A stretch of 64,000 nucleotides of DNA from Octopus sinensis (GCF_006345805.1 NC_043007.1:21948001-22012000); one strand, 5' to 3'. Positions 11,985 to 24,199 are shown, counted from the stretch's first letter. The notes: a model not told the origin generated them from the letters alone. Numbers and translations are program-made.

Positions 11985-12580
11985 TTAAAGCAAAATTTTT
12001 TCATGGACGTGCATCCCCAATTTACTGATTTCCTTTCATGGACCTTCAAAATTCTTATATGGGCCTTCAAGGATCATATGGGCCCTGATTGAGGACCATT
12101 GGTGCAGGGGCTTCCAGAGGAGGCTGTAATAATCCCCCAACCCTATAAGTGAGCATTACAGTCTCCTTTGAGAAACCTTAATTTCTTATGCTTATTTAAT
12201 CTTCATGTTGAAGATTAATATGGATGATAGGAGTAAAATAAATCTGCTTCACTTGGGGACATTGAAAATCTTACAAATTCAAGAGGAATTGTTTGAGTGT
12301 TTCTGTATTAAAATGTACCAGGAGCTAACATTACACATCATTGCTATTCAACAGAGTGAAATCTCATTTGTACAGTAAAAGCAGTGATGTTTTAATCCCA
12401 TTGATATCAACCCACCGAAAACTGCCCTTCGTTTTATGATACAAACTTCTTGTTCTAAAGTGATCCAAACTAAAAACTTCCATCAAAATTAATGGCTAAT
12501 TTATGTCTCAAACAGCAGATTAGCAATGGTTTCAGATTTTGGCACAAGGCTATATTTATTGTTCTGTATTTATTGAACCA

Positions 12581-12915
12581 CTAGCAGTAAAAATTTTGCA
12601 TCATGTAGCTTGTTATTCTCTTTAAGTGAACATTTTTCTGGTTGAAATACACCGAAAAATGGCGACACAGCAGTCAAAAAATCGTAAAAATAGGGATTTT
12701 CATAGAAAAAAAGCACCTTTTTGATGTAAATAATTTTTGGTGTTAACATGGTCTGATTTGAATTTTATCTTCTACTGAAGGAAGAGCAAGCCTTCTTCTA
12801 TCATACTCTCAATTTTGGTCAACTTGCGCCGTAGGGTCTCAGAGGAGATAGTGTTAGTTGAAGGCTGCCAAACCTGCTATACACACAGACAACTTCAGCT
12901 TTATATATATAGAGA
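12581..12915 (-). mobile_element. non-autonomous Helitron lacking its 3' hairpin
   Basis: Minus strand TC...CTAG in an A|T site; same body as 18902-19292. Confidence 0.75.
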
Positions 12916-13017
12916 TTTATAGTCTAAAAATGAATGCAACATTGGTGATGACACTACTTTCTGGAACAATATAGGCATGTATGTGAAGATAGACTCGTGC
13001 ACACACACACACACATG

Positions 13018-13061
<44 letters not shown>

Positions 13062-13064
13062 TAC

Positions 13065-13345
13065 ATACATGATGGCTGCCCCTCGTTATCGAGTATGGCC
13101 ATTGCACAAAGCTTAACTGTTATTGGTGCTGTGATCGAACGTGACTTTTTAGCCCAACTAAAGATCTACAATGTCTTGTACAGATTTGGCAACTAAAACC
13201 TTTACCGGTAATAGCCTGCTGTAGTTGTAACTGGGCTTCATGTATCTTTGCATGTCGTTTAAGTCTTCCAGCCGAATTACACTCTCTTCCACATGCCCGA
13301 CAGATATGATTAGTATGGTGTGTAACACAACCACCACCAGTGGCC
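13065..13345 (-). mobile_element. RTE-type LINE 3' end with two C2H2-like fingers and (TATG)n tail
   Basis: CRACGRECNSAGRLKRHAKIH, CQICTRHCRSLVGLKSHVRSQH; short 3' UTR ending in a microsatellite. Confidence 0.7.
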
Positions 13346-13521
13346 ATACATACATACATACATATATACATACAAACACACACACATATACATACATATG
13401 CATACACACACAACAGGCTTCTGGACAATTTCCATCTATCAATTTTCGCCCACAAGGCATTGTATCAACCCAAGGTATTTGCTCAAGGTGTTTTGCTAAA
13501 TATATATATATATATATATAT

Positions 13522-13818
13522 TACGGAGATGTACTTGCATAGCAAGTGACTTGATCTGAGATCGTGTGCTGGAACGAAAACAATTGCAGCATGGAAAGTG
13601 TTTGTAAGCCATTTAAGAAACACACAAAACCGTTCGATTCACTTCAACATTTAAATTTAATTCGTCAAAATATTTTCGGCGCTTTAAGACCGCGACTTGT
13701 TCACTGACAAAACTTTGTGCTGCAGCACTGACAAATTAAATTTAAATGTTGAAGTGAATCTAACGGTTTTGGGTGTTTCTTAAATGGCTTATAAACACCT
13801 TCCACGCTGCAATTGTTT
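13522..13818. mobile_element. (TA)n-flanked foldback repeat, putative Penelope-like pLTR
   Basis: 90-bp inverted arms 13578-13667 / 13729-13818; the ~55-bp tail is only on the left arm; hammerhead-like motif inside. Confidence 0.65.
13664..13708 (-). ncRNA. minimal type I hammerhead-like motif, degenerate core
   Basis: GUCA-GUGAACA-A-GUCGC(9)GCGCC-GAAA-AUAU-UU-UGAC. Confidence 0.45.
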
Positions 13819-15833
13819 ATATATATTACATATAACACAAAGTCTAGAGGACAAATTTTTGTAAACAGATTCTTCCTAAAACTCCACTTTTCATAACTGA
13901 CATTGTGTCTAGTAGAACGTAAGCCTGTGACATATTCCAAAGGAACTGGTATGAGATCTTTAGGAGTCAGGTGCTGGGAAATTAGAATTTGATCGTGTAC
14001 AAAGATACACCGAAGAACTGACATGCTTAGAGAAAGAAGGAGAGAGAGAGAGAGAACATGGAAGATTTTCTGGCCCACTTTGTAACAAATTAGAAAAATA
14101 AGAAAGTAGAAGACAACTCGACGATACTAGAAACGGACATATTAGCTTTCAGGTTTAGAGAAGTACAGTCAAATGTTCTGAAATTAGAGTAATTATGTGG
14201 AAGTAAAAAAACACAGTGGAAAGCTAGAAAAATATTAAAATACCATTGAGATCTTGTGCAACAGTTTCTTGAAGTAAAAGTCCGTAATATATTACTTTGC
14301 AGCATGTTAGATCGTTAATCTACATTAATACATGTACTTATCACTAAATACATGACCAAAGGTTATAGATAAAAGCTACACCTGTATGTGTGTGTTTGTT
14401 TGTGTGTGTATACTAAGATCAGGAGGGTGGAGCCATTTAAGAAAGGGATAAATCAAGTAATTTCTAAAGATCATTTCAAACAATATTGTCTTATTGTATA
14501 AAGTTAAAACAAGCGTAGGGAGTAACAATAATAACTTCTTAAACCTATAATATAACCCTTAGTTTAAAAAAAAATTAGTGTAAAATATGAATGTCTCATA
14601 ACTTAAATATTCCTTTAGCTGATACCAGGTATCAGTCTTTTATTGATATTAACTTAATAAATAAATATATAATTTTTAGTCTAATATATTTTGAATTATT
14701 ATACTTTTTCTATAAATGTTCTCTATTGGTGTTAAGAACCTATATATATTTTATCATAGTTTTAGTGATTAAGCTATTTTATTTCCTTTTCTATGGTATT
14801 TTGTCCTACTTGATTATTTTATTTTATTTCTTTATTATTTTATAAAATTAATCAAATTTTTGTATCTCTATAAGTTCATACTTATCTTATATAAAACTAT
14901 AGTGGTATATTCACTACTTATAAATAAACTGTTGAGATTATAATTTTATTAATATATAATTAGCATGTTCCTTTACATCAATACTCTTTTATTAATACCA
15001 ATATATACTAATTAATCAATATTCCCAGATACCATTTGATGAGTTAGTATTTAAGTGTACAATATGTATAAATATCAAACTATTTCTGGATAATTTCTTT
15101 TCCGCCCTCTATTGTGGTAAAATTTTGGTATATACTCAAAAGTATTCATAAATTTCTAACCTTTTGTGATAATATTCTTCTTAATAATCCTCCGAATAAC
15201 CCTAAACTTTAACTGTATACAATATAGTAACATTGTTTAAAATATTTTAACTATAGTACTACATGATAAGACTTCCCCTGTTTCATTATCAATGGTCTTC
15301 TGGTGGGTGACCCCCTTAATTGTTAGCTAACATCTTGTTTTAAGTTTTCCTTTACCAAACCTCATGATATTGCTTCTAATAAATCTTGATTTTATGACTA
15401 TACCAACTATGATTTCTGTCTTCTCCGTCAGCCCTACACCTAACAGATACTGCCTCTTTGTTCTTTCAGCCTTAGATATACAAGGGATTTGATAAATTAG
15501 TCTATAAATTAAAAACTGACCCCATAAAAACAAAAAATCAGTGATAGGCAAAAACAATAGTCTGAAACAATGTATATCTTCTTGATACCTTAGTAGCTTC
15601 TATGCTGGAGTGAGACAGCCTGTTCTTTGTCTAAATCCTTAATTTCTTGGAGATTTTAGGTGTAATTATGCTAATGTGTCCATCTATTTTAATTTAATTA
15701 AATTCTATGTCTTTGTGCAGGTGATGATTGCTCTGCATCTTAAATTGATGTAATGATTGCATTGTTCAATTAAATGGAGTTGCATGAAACAATCGTACTG
15801 CATTACCTCTGGATATCCTTGTTGATTATTTTG

Positions 15834-15837
<4 letters not shown>

Positions 15838-15894
<57 letters not shown>

Positions 15895-15935
15895 TAATAA
15901 TAATAATGATAATAATAATAATAATAATAATAATA
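15838..15935. repeat. (ATA)n microsatellite
   Basis: Direct reading. Confidence 0.95.
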
Positions 15936-16340
15936 TTAGGGAGTATAACTCCAAACTTACAGGGAAAAATTCAAGTTAGTATTAAATCAAATTTCACAAT
16001 ATTATATATATAAAATATATAAATTAGAGAAAAACCACTATCATGCAAGTAAAACAATGATAGACATAAACCAAATCATAAATAAAAAATAAAATATATA
16101 TTTTAAAACAAATAACTAGATCACAAAAAGTACAAAAATGAAAAAAATAATATATAATAAGTAAAAAGACTACGTACATTTCATGGCGATAATTTAAATC
16201 CGAATTACAATTAAATTTAAATTTAATCGAAAAACAATTCAATTTAAAAGTATAGTCACTCCTCAAGTCAACAATAATAACAATAATAGTTGTATAAATA
16301 ATCGAATTAAACAATATTTCTTAAATAGAATTAAACAATA
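15930..16340 (-). mobile_element. A-rich repeat family (TTAGGGAGTA..CCAAACTTACAGGG), putative pLTR
   Basis: Same start as 44291 and 44719; partial copy at ~26570; abuts a microsatellite. Confidence 0.5.
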
Positions 16341-16509
16341 TTTTTGGTTTATTAGGGACCCCCTCCACATTTTTTTTTGACCAGGAGAAGGTAGTGAAGT
16401 CATAAAGCCTTGCTTCGGTTGAGATTGAATGGTATAAATTTTGTCCTAATGTAAAAAAAAGAAATGGTTGTTCTTATAGAAGAAACTCCATTAACTAAAT
16501 TTGAAACTT

Positions 16510-16690
16510 AAACAAACACAACGAAAATTTTAGGAAAATAAAAATAAGAAATAAGTGGAAATTTTACCAGTGAGGGTGTTAAATTATAAGGCACAAAAAG
16601 AAAATGACTCTCCCCAGACACAACAGAATATGCTTCAACACACGCACTCATATAAAGAATCTTGCAAACAGAATCCAAAAACGAAATATG
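16510..16690. repeat. unclassified interspersed repeat
   Basis: Highly similar to 51140-51310 (GAAAATTTTAGGAAAATAAAAATAAG...AAAGAATCTTGCAAA). Confidence 0.75.
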
Positions 16691-17152
16691 AAAGTATAGT
16701 GTTATCAACATAATTTGGCAGATGCTGGGTTAAACAAAATTTGGAGAAATCTTTTAACTTAGTGATTCCCAAAGTGGGTGGTATTGCCCCACTGGGAGCA
16801 GTGGAAAATTCCTAGGGGGTGTTGAAGAAAAGTGGGGCAATAACAGGGTTACAATTCATGTAAAATGTGGGGTGATAATGGGGTAGCGATTCATGTAAAA
16901 ACAACAAAATAATGGGTTCTCTTTTACTCTTTTACTTGTTTCAGTCATTTGACTGTGGCCATGCTAGAGCACCACCTTTACTTAAAGAAATAGACCCCAG
17001 GACTTATTCTTTGTAAACCTAGTACTTATTCTATTGGTCTCTTTTGCCGAACTGCTAAGTTACGGGGACGTAAACACACCAACATCGGTTGTCAAGTGAT
17101 GTTGGGGGACAAACACAGACACACAACCATATACAAACACACATATATATAT

Positions 17153-17208
<56 letters not shown>

Positions 17209-17781
17209 TACAACGGGCTTCTTTCAGTTTCTGTCTTCCAAATCCACTCACAAAGCTTTGGTCGTCCCAAGGCTAAAGTAGAAGACACTTGCCCAAGGTA
17301 CCACGCAGTGGGACTGAACCCAGAACCATGTGGTTGGTAAGCAAGCTACTTACCACACAGTCACTCCTTAGGTTAAGCTTCATTTGTGAAATACAGTTGC
17401 TCTGAATTTGCTTCAGAAAAAGGTTTATGCTTGTGATGGTTAGTTGGGATGGGCGTGCTAGGAATGTGGCCTGAGTATCAAGGAGGCGGCAGCCAGATAA
17501 AGTTTGGGAATCACTGTTTTAACTGATATGTGTGTAGAGAGTAGTGTCATGAAGTGTATGAGAGAGAAAGAAAAGCAGGAATGGTGTGTCACATTGAATT
17601 AAGAATAGTTTTCTCCAACTGAAATCATCCAAAATAATCTATAATGATTAAGTAGAAACCAAGTACTTGAATGGGTTTTAGGATGGAGTCATTATTTTTT
17701 TTCAACTGTTGATTTTGATTAATCCATACAACTTATGTTTTTGTATGGAATTTTCACTGCTCCTGATTAAACTTGATATTA

Positions 17782-18220
17782 ACCCTTTTGATACCAACCT
17801 GGCTGAAACTGGCTCTGGTTCTGTAGTACAAATCTCTTGTTTTCATAAGTTTTGAATTAAAATCTTCCACCAAACCTTAGTCACAATTTATGTTCCTAAC
17901 ACTAGCTTCATGATAACTAAGTTAATTTACTAAATTCTTTGTTATATTTAAAATAATTGAAAGAAACACAGAGCATCTCAAAATAAATATGGGTTAAACA
18001 ATGGGTTAAACAATGTGAATGAATAAGCATTGCATTTGACAGAGTAGTCTGAATGCTAAAGGGTTAACCCTTTCGTTACCAACCTGGCTGAAACTGGCTC
18101 TGGCTCTGAGTACAAATCTCTTGTTTTCAGAAGCTTTGAATTAAAATCTTCCACCAAACCTTAGTCACAATATATGTTCTTAACACTAGCTTAATGATAA
18201 CTAAGTTATTTTACTAAATT
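17782..18220 (+). mobile_element. two piggyBac-like MITE copies (second truncated)
   Basis: TTAACCCTTT starts at ~17779 and ~18064. Confidence 0.75.
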
Positions 18221-18901
18221 CTCATCCTTTTTGGGCTGATAATTCTTATTAGCAATCAATCTCAACAACTTTGATAAACAACCCACTTTCATAGAAGTTC
18301 TTCAACCAGTGAAAGAAATTTGGTTATCAAATAGTTTTGAATTGTGAGTATTTTTATGTTTGGTTTCATTTTTTTTTTAATTCTTTTTTCTTTTTTGTAA
18401 AATCCTACATTACATGATGCTATGGAATGTGTTTGACAAAATGATTAAGTTTTGTATTCTTGGCAAAAAAAAAATAAAAAAAAAACGATTTTTTTGTGGC
18501 CGTTGCCAGTACTGCCTGACTGGCACGTAAAAGTACCCACTACACTCTTGGAGTGGTTGGCATTAGGAAGGGCATCCAGCTGTAGAAACTCTGCCAGATC
18601 AAGATTGGAGCCTGGTGCAGCCATCTGGTTCGCCAGTCCTCAGTCAAATCGTCCAACCCATGACAGCATGGAAAGCGGACGTTAAACGATGATGATGATG
18701 ATGATGATGACATAAGTACTAGTCAATGTAATCAACTAACATCCCTCTTCCCAAATTTCAAGTTTTATGCTTATGGTAGAAAGGATGTTTGCATAAAACA
18801 TTGTTTTCAGCACTAAATAATACAAAAATGAATGGGACTAATGGAACGGGTAATGGCACAAGTGCTGTTTCCAGAGCATTGAAATATCAATATTATATTC
18901 A

Positions 18902-19292
18902 CTAGCAGTATCGCCCGGTGTTGCTCGGGTTTGTTTCAATCCTTTAGAATTGGAATTTTTGAAAAGTAAAAATTTTGCATTATGTAGCTTGTTATTCTCT
19001 ATAAGTGAACATTTTTCTGGTTGCAATATACCGAAAAATGGTGACACAGCAGTCAAAAAATCGTAAAAAATAGGGATTTCCATAGAAAAAAAAGCACTTT
19101 TTTGATGTAAATAATTTTTGGTGTTAACATGGTCCGATTTGAATTTTTTCTTCTACGGAATGAAAAGCAAGCCTTCTTCTATCATACACTCAATTTTGGT
19201 CAACTTGCGCCGCAGGGTCTTGGAGGAGATAGTGTTAGTTGAAGGCTACCAAACCTGCCATACACAGACAACTTCAGCTTTATATATAGAGA
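18902..19292 (-). mobile_element. non-autonomous Helitron
   Basis: Minus strand 5' TC, 3' hairpin CCCGAGCAACACCGGG then CTAG, inserted between A and T. Confidence 0.8.
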
Positions 19293-20477
19293 TTTCATAA
19301 ACAGCTGCCTTCTTGAACTTGATAACAAAAAAAGTCATTAAAGCAAAGATAACTTTAAAAATCTTTTTTAGAATTGCAAAACTTGAAGCAGATAAAGCGT
19401 TACAATGATAGCATGTAAGAACTGGCTTGAAAAACTCCCATTTGGATAAGGGGGAAAAAAAAATTCAAAGGATGCATATGAACTCTCATCTCTTGTAGGA
19501 ATATCAGATGTTCTACCATTGGACTAAAGCAATCATTTTAATTTTCTGATTTATTTTAGAAATTTCATTCTTAGCAGCAAGAATTCTATGTTTTTGATAT
19601 CATAAGAATATTATAAACTCTCAAGAAAATGTGAAATAATTCTTTTTTGGAATAGTGAATTAAAGCATAAGCAGCCTTTGACTTTTTTTTTTCTATCCTA
19701 GGTTTCCCAACCCAATATTTATTTACATGCTATTATTCATAGCTTTATGTGCTTCAAGATCCCTTAGTCTAAAAAAGTATTGTTTCATGGTGTCTCGAAG
19801 GTTTATAAGATTTTAAAACTTCATTTCATTATCCCAGTTTTACAAGTATATTTTGTATTTTCAAGTTATATTTTTTTAATTAGAATACCTATTTATATAA
19901 ATAGATCGGTCATTTATCTTAGTTTTTGCTGTTCTGCATTCATCTATCTATTAATGAAATGCTTGTTTTTAAGCGACACCCTAATAACAGGATTATCAAA
20001 TATAGGATATTTCAACAAGTCACGCAAGTATGAAAAGCAGACGTAAAATGATGATAATGATGAACAGCAACATAGTTTTATTCTAGAAATCTTTATTATA
20101 TAGGCATATAGCCTGAATAGAGAGGGGATATAACAACACAAAGCATGGGGTACATATAACGAAAGATAACGAACATAATTTTATTCTAATACAGGTAAAC
20201 TTTCTCATGTTAAATAATAACAACGACAACAAACTTGAATTGTCCCTTATCACAAACAAGTGATCAGCAGTACACCTTTAACAAAAAAAAAAGCCTCCGA
20301 CTGCTGTCAAAAAAGCTTACAAGAAACTGAAATGGTACGTTAAACTCAAACATCGCCTGCAGTTTTTATGCTCAGGCTGCTGAAAAGAAATGCTTGTCTT
20401 ACCAGCCGTGACTCAGAAAAATAGAAATGAAAATATAATTTGTCTTGTTCGTTATAAAGATGAACTTAATCATTAGG

Positions 20478-20568
20478 CACGTGAGCTTACGATGCGCCGA
20501 CCTTGTCGAATTACATGTTGTGGGTTGATGATACGTTGTTCTGACGCACCTTTGTACTATAAACGTCA
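20478..20568 (+). promoter_or_regulatory. putative SDR-A proximal promoter (E-box, two CRE half-sites, TATA)
   Basis: CACGTG 20478-83, TGACGCA 20542-48, TATAAA 20558-63, ACGTCA 20563-68; E-box and CRE half-sites conserved in copy B. Confidence 0.45.
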
Positions 20569-20636
20569 GAACTGTGAAAGTTGTGCTGTGAAAAAGCTGT
20601 GTTAGTCCTGGTTTCTGTCGAAATCTCAGTATATTA

Positions 20637-21584
20637 ATGATGTTGTTGACAATTTTGGCAGTTGTAGCCATAATAATCATTTTACCTTTGTCGATTCGCT
20701 ATTATATGAAAGGAGCCACCTGTACCAGCCCTGTTAAACTGGAAGGTAAAACAGTTATTATTACTGGAGGTAACTGTGGAATCGGATTCGAAACAGCCCG
20801 TAATTTATTACTACGAGGGGCCCGAGTGATCCTCGCATGTCGGGACTTAAATAAGGCGAAATCGGCTGCGGAACAATTAAGCGAATTAGGTTCAGGTGTT
20901 GTACTTGTTGAAAAACTTGATCTCTCAAGCTTCGATTCCATTCGAACATTCTGCAAGAATATTAAGCAACATATCACCTCTTTGGATATCCTTATAAACA
21001 ATGCGGGTGTTTATTTCCACCCGTATGCTGAGACAGAAGATGGCCTGGAAATGCATATGGGCGTCAATTATTTTGGTCCCTTCCTTTTGACACATCTTCT
21101 ACTGGAGTTATTAAAGAAGTCTGATTCACCCCGCGTCGTTTTTGTCGGGAGTGTTATTTACAAATGCGGGAAAATCGATTTTGACAACATGAATAAACCG
21201 GAGTTTTTCCATCAACACGGTGCCTACTGTGACAGTAAGTTAGCCTGTGCTTTATTTTGCCGTGAATTTAGCAATCGAATGTCAGACACTAATATCAACA
21301 TATATTATGTTCACCCGGGAATAGTAAACACAAATATAAGTCGGAACATTTTGAATTCATTTCCTCTGATACAAAAGGTCTCTGCTTTCAAATCACTTTT
21401 CAAGAATTGCCAAGAAGGTTGTCAAACTGTTGTATATTGTTCTGTTAGTGAAGAGACGAAAGACCAATCTGGTTGCTACTACAGTGAATGCCAGAGAGAC
21501 GAATGGGCAAATCAAGCTCTGGATAAACAACTTGCTATAAAGTTGTGGAACTTCAGCGAAAAAGTTACGGGATTAATCGAATGA
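20637..21584 (+). CDS. NADP(H)-type short-chain dehydrogenase/reductase, RDH11/12/13/14-like, single exon, 315 aa
   Basis: N-terminal hydrophobic anchor; TGGNCGIG; ACR basic residue; DLS; NNAG; tetrad N144-S172-Y197-K201; HPGxVxT; KLW C-terminal motif. Confidence 0.95.
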   Translation: MMLLTILAVVAIIIILPLSIRYYMKGATCTSPVKLEGKTVIITGGNCGIGFETARNLLLRGARVILACRDLNKAKSAAEQLSELGSGVVLVEKLDLSSFDSIRTFCKNIKQHITSLDILINNAGVYFHPYAETEDGLEMHMGVNYFGPFLLTHLLLELLKKSDSPRVVFVGSVIYKCGKIDFDNMNKPEFFHQHGAYCDSKLACALFCREFSNRMSDTNINIYYVHPGIVNTNISRNILNSFPLIQKVSAFKSLFKNCQEGCQTVVYCSVSEETKDQSGCYYSECQRDEWANQALDKQLAIKLWNFSEKVTGLIE

Positions 21585-22757
21585 AAATTGTTCTCTCACC
21601 AAATTATAAATATAAGGCTACCCTTCTTTTCTGTGGAATAATTATATAATAATAATAACGAAAGAAGAAAGACTCTCGGATGCAATTAATGTAAAAAAAT
21701 CTTGTTCGTCGCAAAATTAAAGAAATTCTATGAGAGTTTCGTTTTAAAGAAATACTGATTCGATGTTGGAAGGTGTGAAGGATCGTTTATTTTATACAAT
21801 AGAACCGTTGCAGGGAGCGAAGAAAGTATCTTGTATTTTAATGTATGTTTCGTTTTCTGAATGAAATCGACGGCAGATTAATTATTGATGTTACATGACA
21901 ATTAAGAAAATATTTATTTGTTTGTTTATTATCGATCATGATCAGTGATATTGGAATATCGAGGACTGGCTTTACTGCTTGAATGAAAACATTTTTCAAA
22001 CCAAATATTTGACAGTCCGTGTTGAAGTAATTAATGTTCGTGCGAATGTGTTGAGAATCTCAACATCTGTAGCTTTCTGGTTGTTTTCGTATCGTCGTGT
22101 TTTTAAGAAATCGGAATTTTCTCTTTTTAATTAGTTTAAAGAAAACCATTTCTGCCGAGACCAAAAACCTAATCCTAATCACTCTTTACCAATAATAAGT
22201 TTTTCAGTAATTGTATTAAATGCAGTTAAATACTCCCACATGAAGAAAAGGCAAAACTAAATGTGACCGTCGAGTATTTGTTTTGAAAAGTTTTCGTGTT
22301 GGATTTTAAATCCAGGATTCCCTAATTATTTAATGAGGGTCAGCGTAAGAAGATCCCTGATCGCAAATTGTAACACAAATATATGGTTTAATGAACATCA
22401 TTTTCAAAACTTTCTCACACGCCTTTCTTGAAGTGAGGTACAACAGTTTTCAGGCGTACCTACACAAATGTACCTCGCCCCATCGACTTTGTTTCTACAT
22501 AACTTTCTCCTGTACGTATGTGTGCGTCACAGTATTTTCTTTTTTTACGTTAAATTCCGATATAATCGTAATTTACAGCATCTGAAAGTTATTTATACAA
22601 ATCTTCATTAAAAAAATATCGTGTCTATATGGTTTTATATCATATCTATATCGTTGCATAATCATGTCTGTATTGGTAAGATGGAATTCAAAATCGGATT
22701 CAGTAACTTAAATTTCCAATGTTCCAATGCAAAAATACATAATCAATTACTTTAGAA

Positions 22758-22977
22758 GGTACTATTTAAGAAGAGTGGTCCCGGTGCGCGCACTCGCGCC
22801 AGCTAGTCGTGACTAGTCGATCCTAAAACGACTACCTAGCAAAGTAAATAAAATACAAAATTAATAATTTTTTACACAAAGTAAATAAAACACAAAGTAA
22901 AGATCGACTAGTCACGACTAGCTATCGCGGATGCGCGAGTGCGCGCACCGGGACCACTCTTCTTAAATAGTACTACC
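22758..22977. mobile_element. GC-rich palindromic MITE (~65-bp TIRs)
   Basis: GTACTATTTAAGAAGAGTGGTCCCGGTGCGCGCACTCGCGC inverted; flanked by TTAGAA; empty site in the adjacent tandem duplicate (23152-23157). Confidence 0.7.
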
Positions 22978-23514
22978 TTAGAAATTTCAATCGACTTTTT
23001 ATTCTGCCAATAAAATCCATTTTTTTTTATGGTTCTTATATCATATCTATATCGTTGCATATCATGTCTGTATTGTTATGATGGAATTCAAAATCGGATT
23101 CAGTAACTTAAATTTGCTATGTTCCAATGCAAAAATTCAAAATCAATTATTTTAGAAATTCCAATCGCCTTTTTATTCTGTCAATAAAATACTTTTCTTT
23201 TTAAACGATGGTATTTTCTAAGAGTTTTTTTTTTTATGAAAGGCATACCTTTCATCTTTTACTTGGGTAAGTCATTGGACTCTGGCCATGCTAGGGCACC
23301 ACCCTCAAGGATAGAGTTGAACAAATCAACCTACATACTTATTTATTTATTTTTTTGTGCCTGGTACTTATTCTATCAGTCTTTTTCCCCATATTGTAAA
23401 GTTATGGAGACGTAAACAAACCAACACTGGTTGTCAAGAGATGGGCAGGGGGAACAGAAACAAATACACTTGCACACACACACATATATGATAGGCTTCC
23501 ACACAGTTTCTTAA

Positions 23515-23898
23515 TTCTTTATTGTCCACAAGGGGCTAAACATAGAGGGGACAAGCAAGGACAGACAAAGGGATTAAGTCGATTACATCGACCCCAGTGC
23601 GTAACTGGTATTTAATTTATCGACCCCGAAAGGATGAAAGGCAAAGTCGACTTCAGCAGAGTTTGAACTCAGAACGTAACGGCAGACGAAATACCTATTT
23701 GTTTACTACCCACAAGGGGCTAAACACAGAGGGGACAAACAAGGACAGACAAACGGATTAAGTCGGTTATATCTACCCCAGTGCATAACTGGTACTTAAT
23801 TTATCGACCCCGAAAGGATGAAAGGCAAAGTCGACCTCGGCAGAATTTGAACCCAGAACGTAACGGCAGACGAAATACAGCTTAGCACTTCGCCCGGG
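23515..23898 (-). mobile_element. tandem family 1 SINEs
   Basis: Two antisense bodies. Confidence 0.8.
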
Positions 23899-24199
23899 GG
23901 AAAACCTGATTCAAATCTTTCTCTTTTTTGGCGCCACTTTGTGAACATCACCACTGGCTGCACCTGTCTTTCTCCAGAGGCAATGCGCCTGCACTAACGG
24001 AACTACGTACACAACACACACAGCTAAAGATGGTGGCTGAGGGCAGCACACTACACCTATCCTGTGAATCCTGTAAATAAACCAGTTGTAAACAGCGCTT
24101 GTGCTTGAGGTCTTCTCTCTTCACCTGCCAAAAGCCTGAAGTGATTGGAAGACTGTAAATGGAGCATACTACTTGTATGATGGTGACATCCGTTTACAA

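Larger units (their letters stand above)
11071..12101. mobile_element. hAT-like MITE hosting three piggyBac-like MITEs
   Basis: TIR-like AATGGTTCTCAAC / ATTGAGGACCATT; host body similar to 49216-49921. Confidence 0.6.
20400..22922. repeat. inverted segmental duplication, arm A (partner 31878-34450)
   Basis: Continuous reverse-complement match including promoter, SDR gene and ~1.3 kb of 3' flank. Confidence 0.95.

Noticed and set aside
12901-13549. C2H2 zinc-finger host gene
   Set aside because: The fingers sit at a LINE-like 3' end between microsatellites with no splice or start context; treated as an RTE relic
14430-15560. Possible decayed reverse transcriptase in a very AT-rich block
   Set aside because: Only vague FDI..LYT-like hints with many stops; cannot be supported without a profile search
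15774-16013. Poly-Ile ORF and the YI/CV-repeat ORFs at 17055, 43424-43977, 46738-47214, 48655-49065
   Set aside because: Microsatellite translations
20702-21001. Antisense and alternative-frame ORFs over the SDR genes and the bZIP last exon
   Set aside because: Shadow ORFs of real coding sequence
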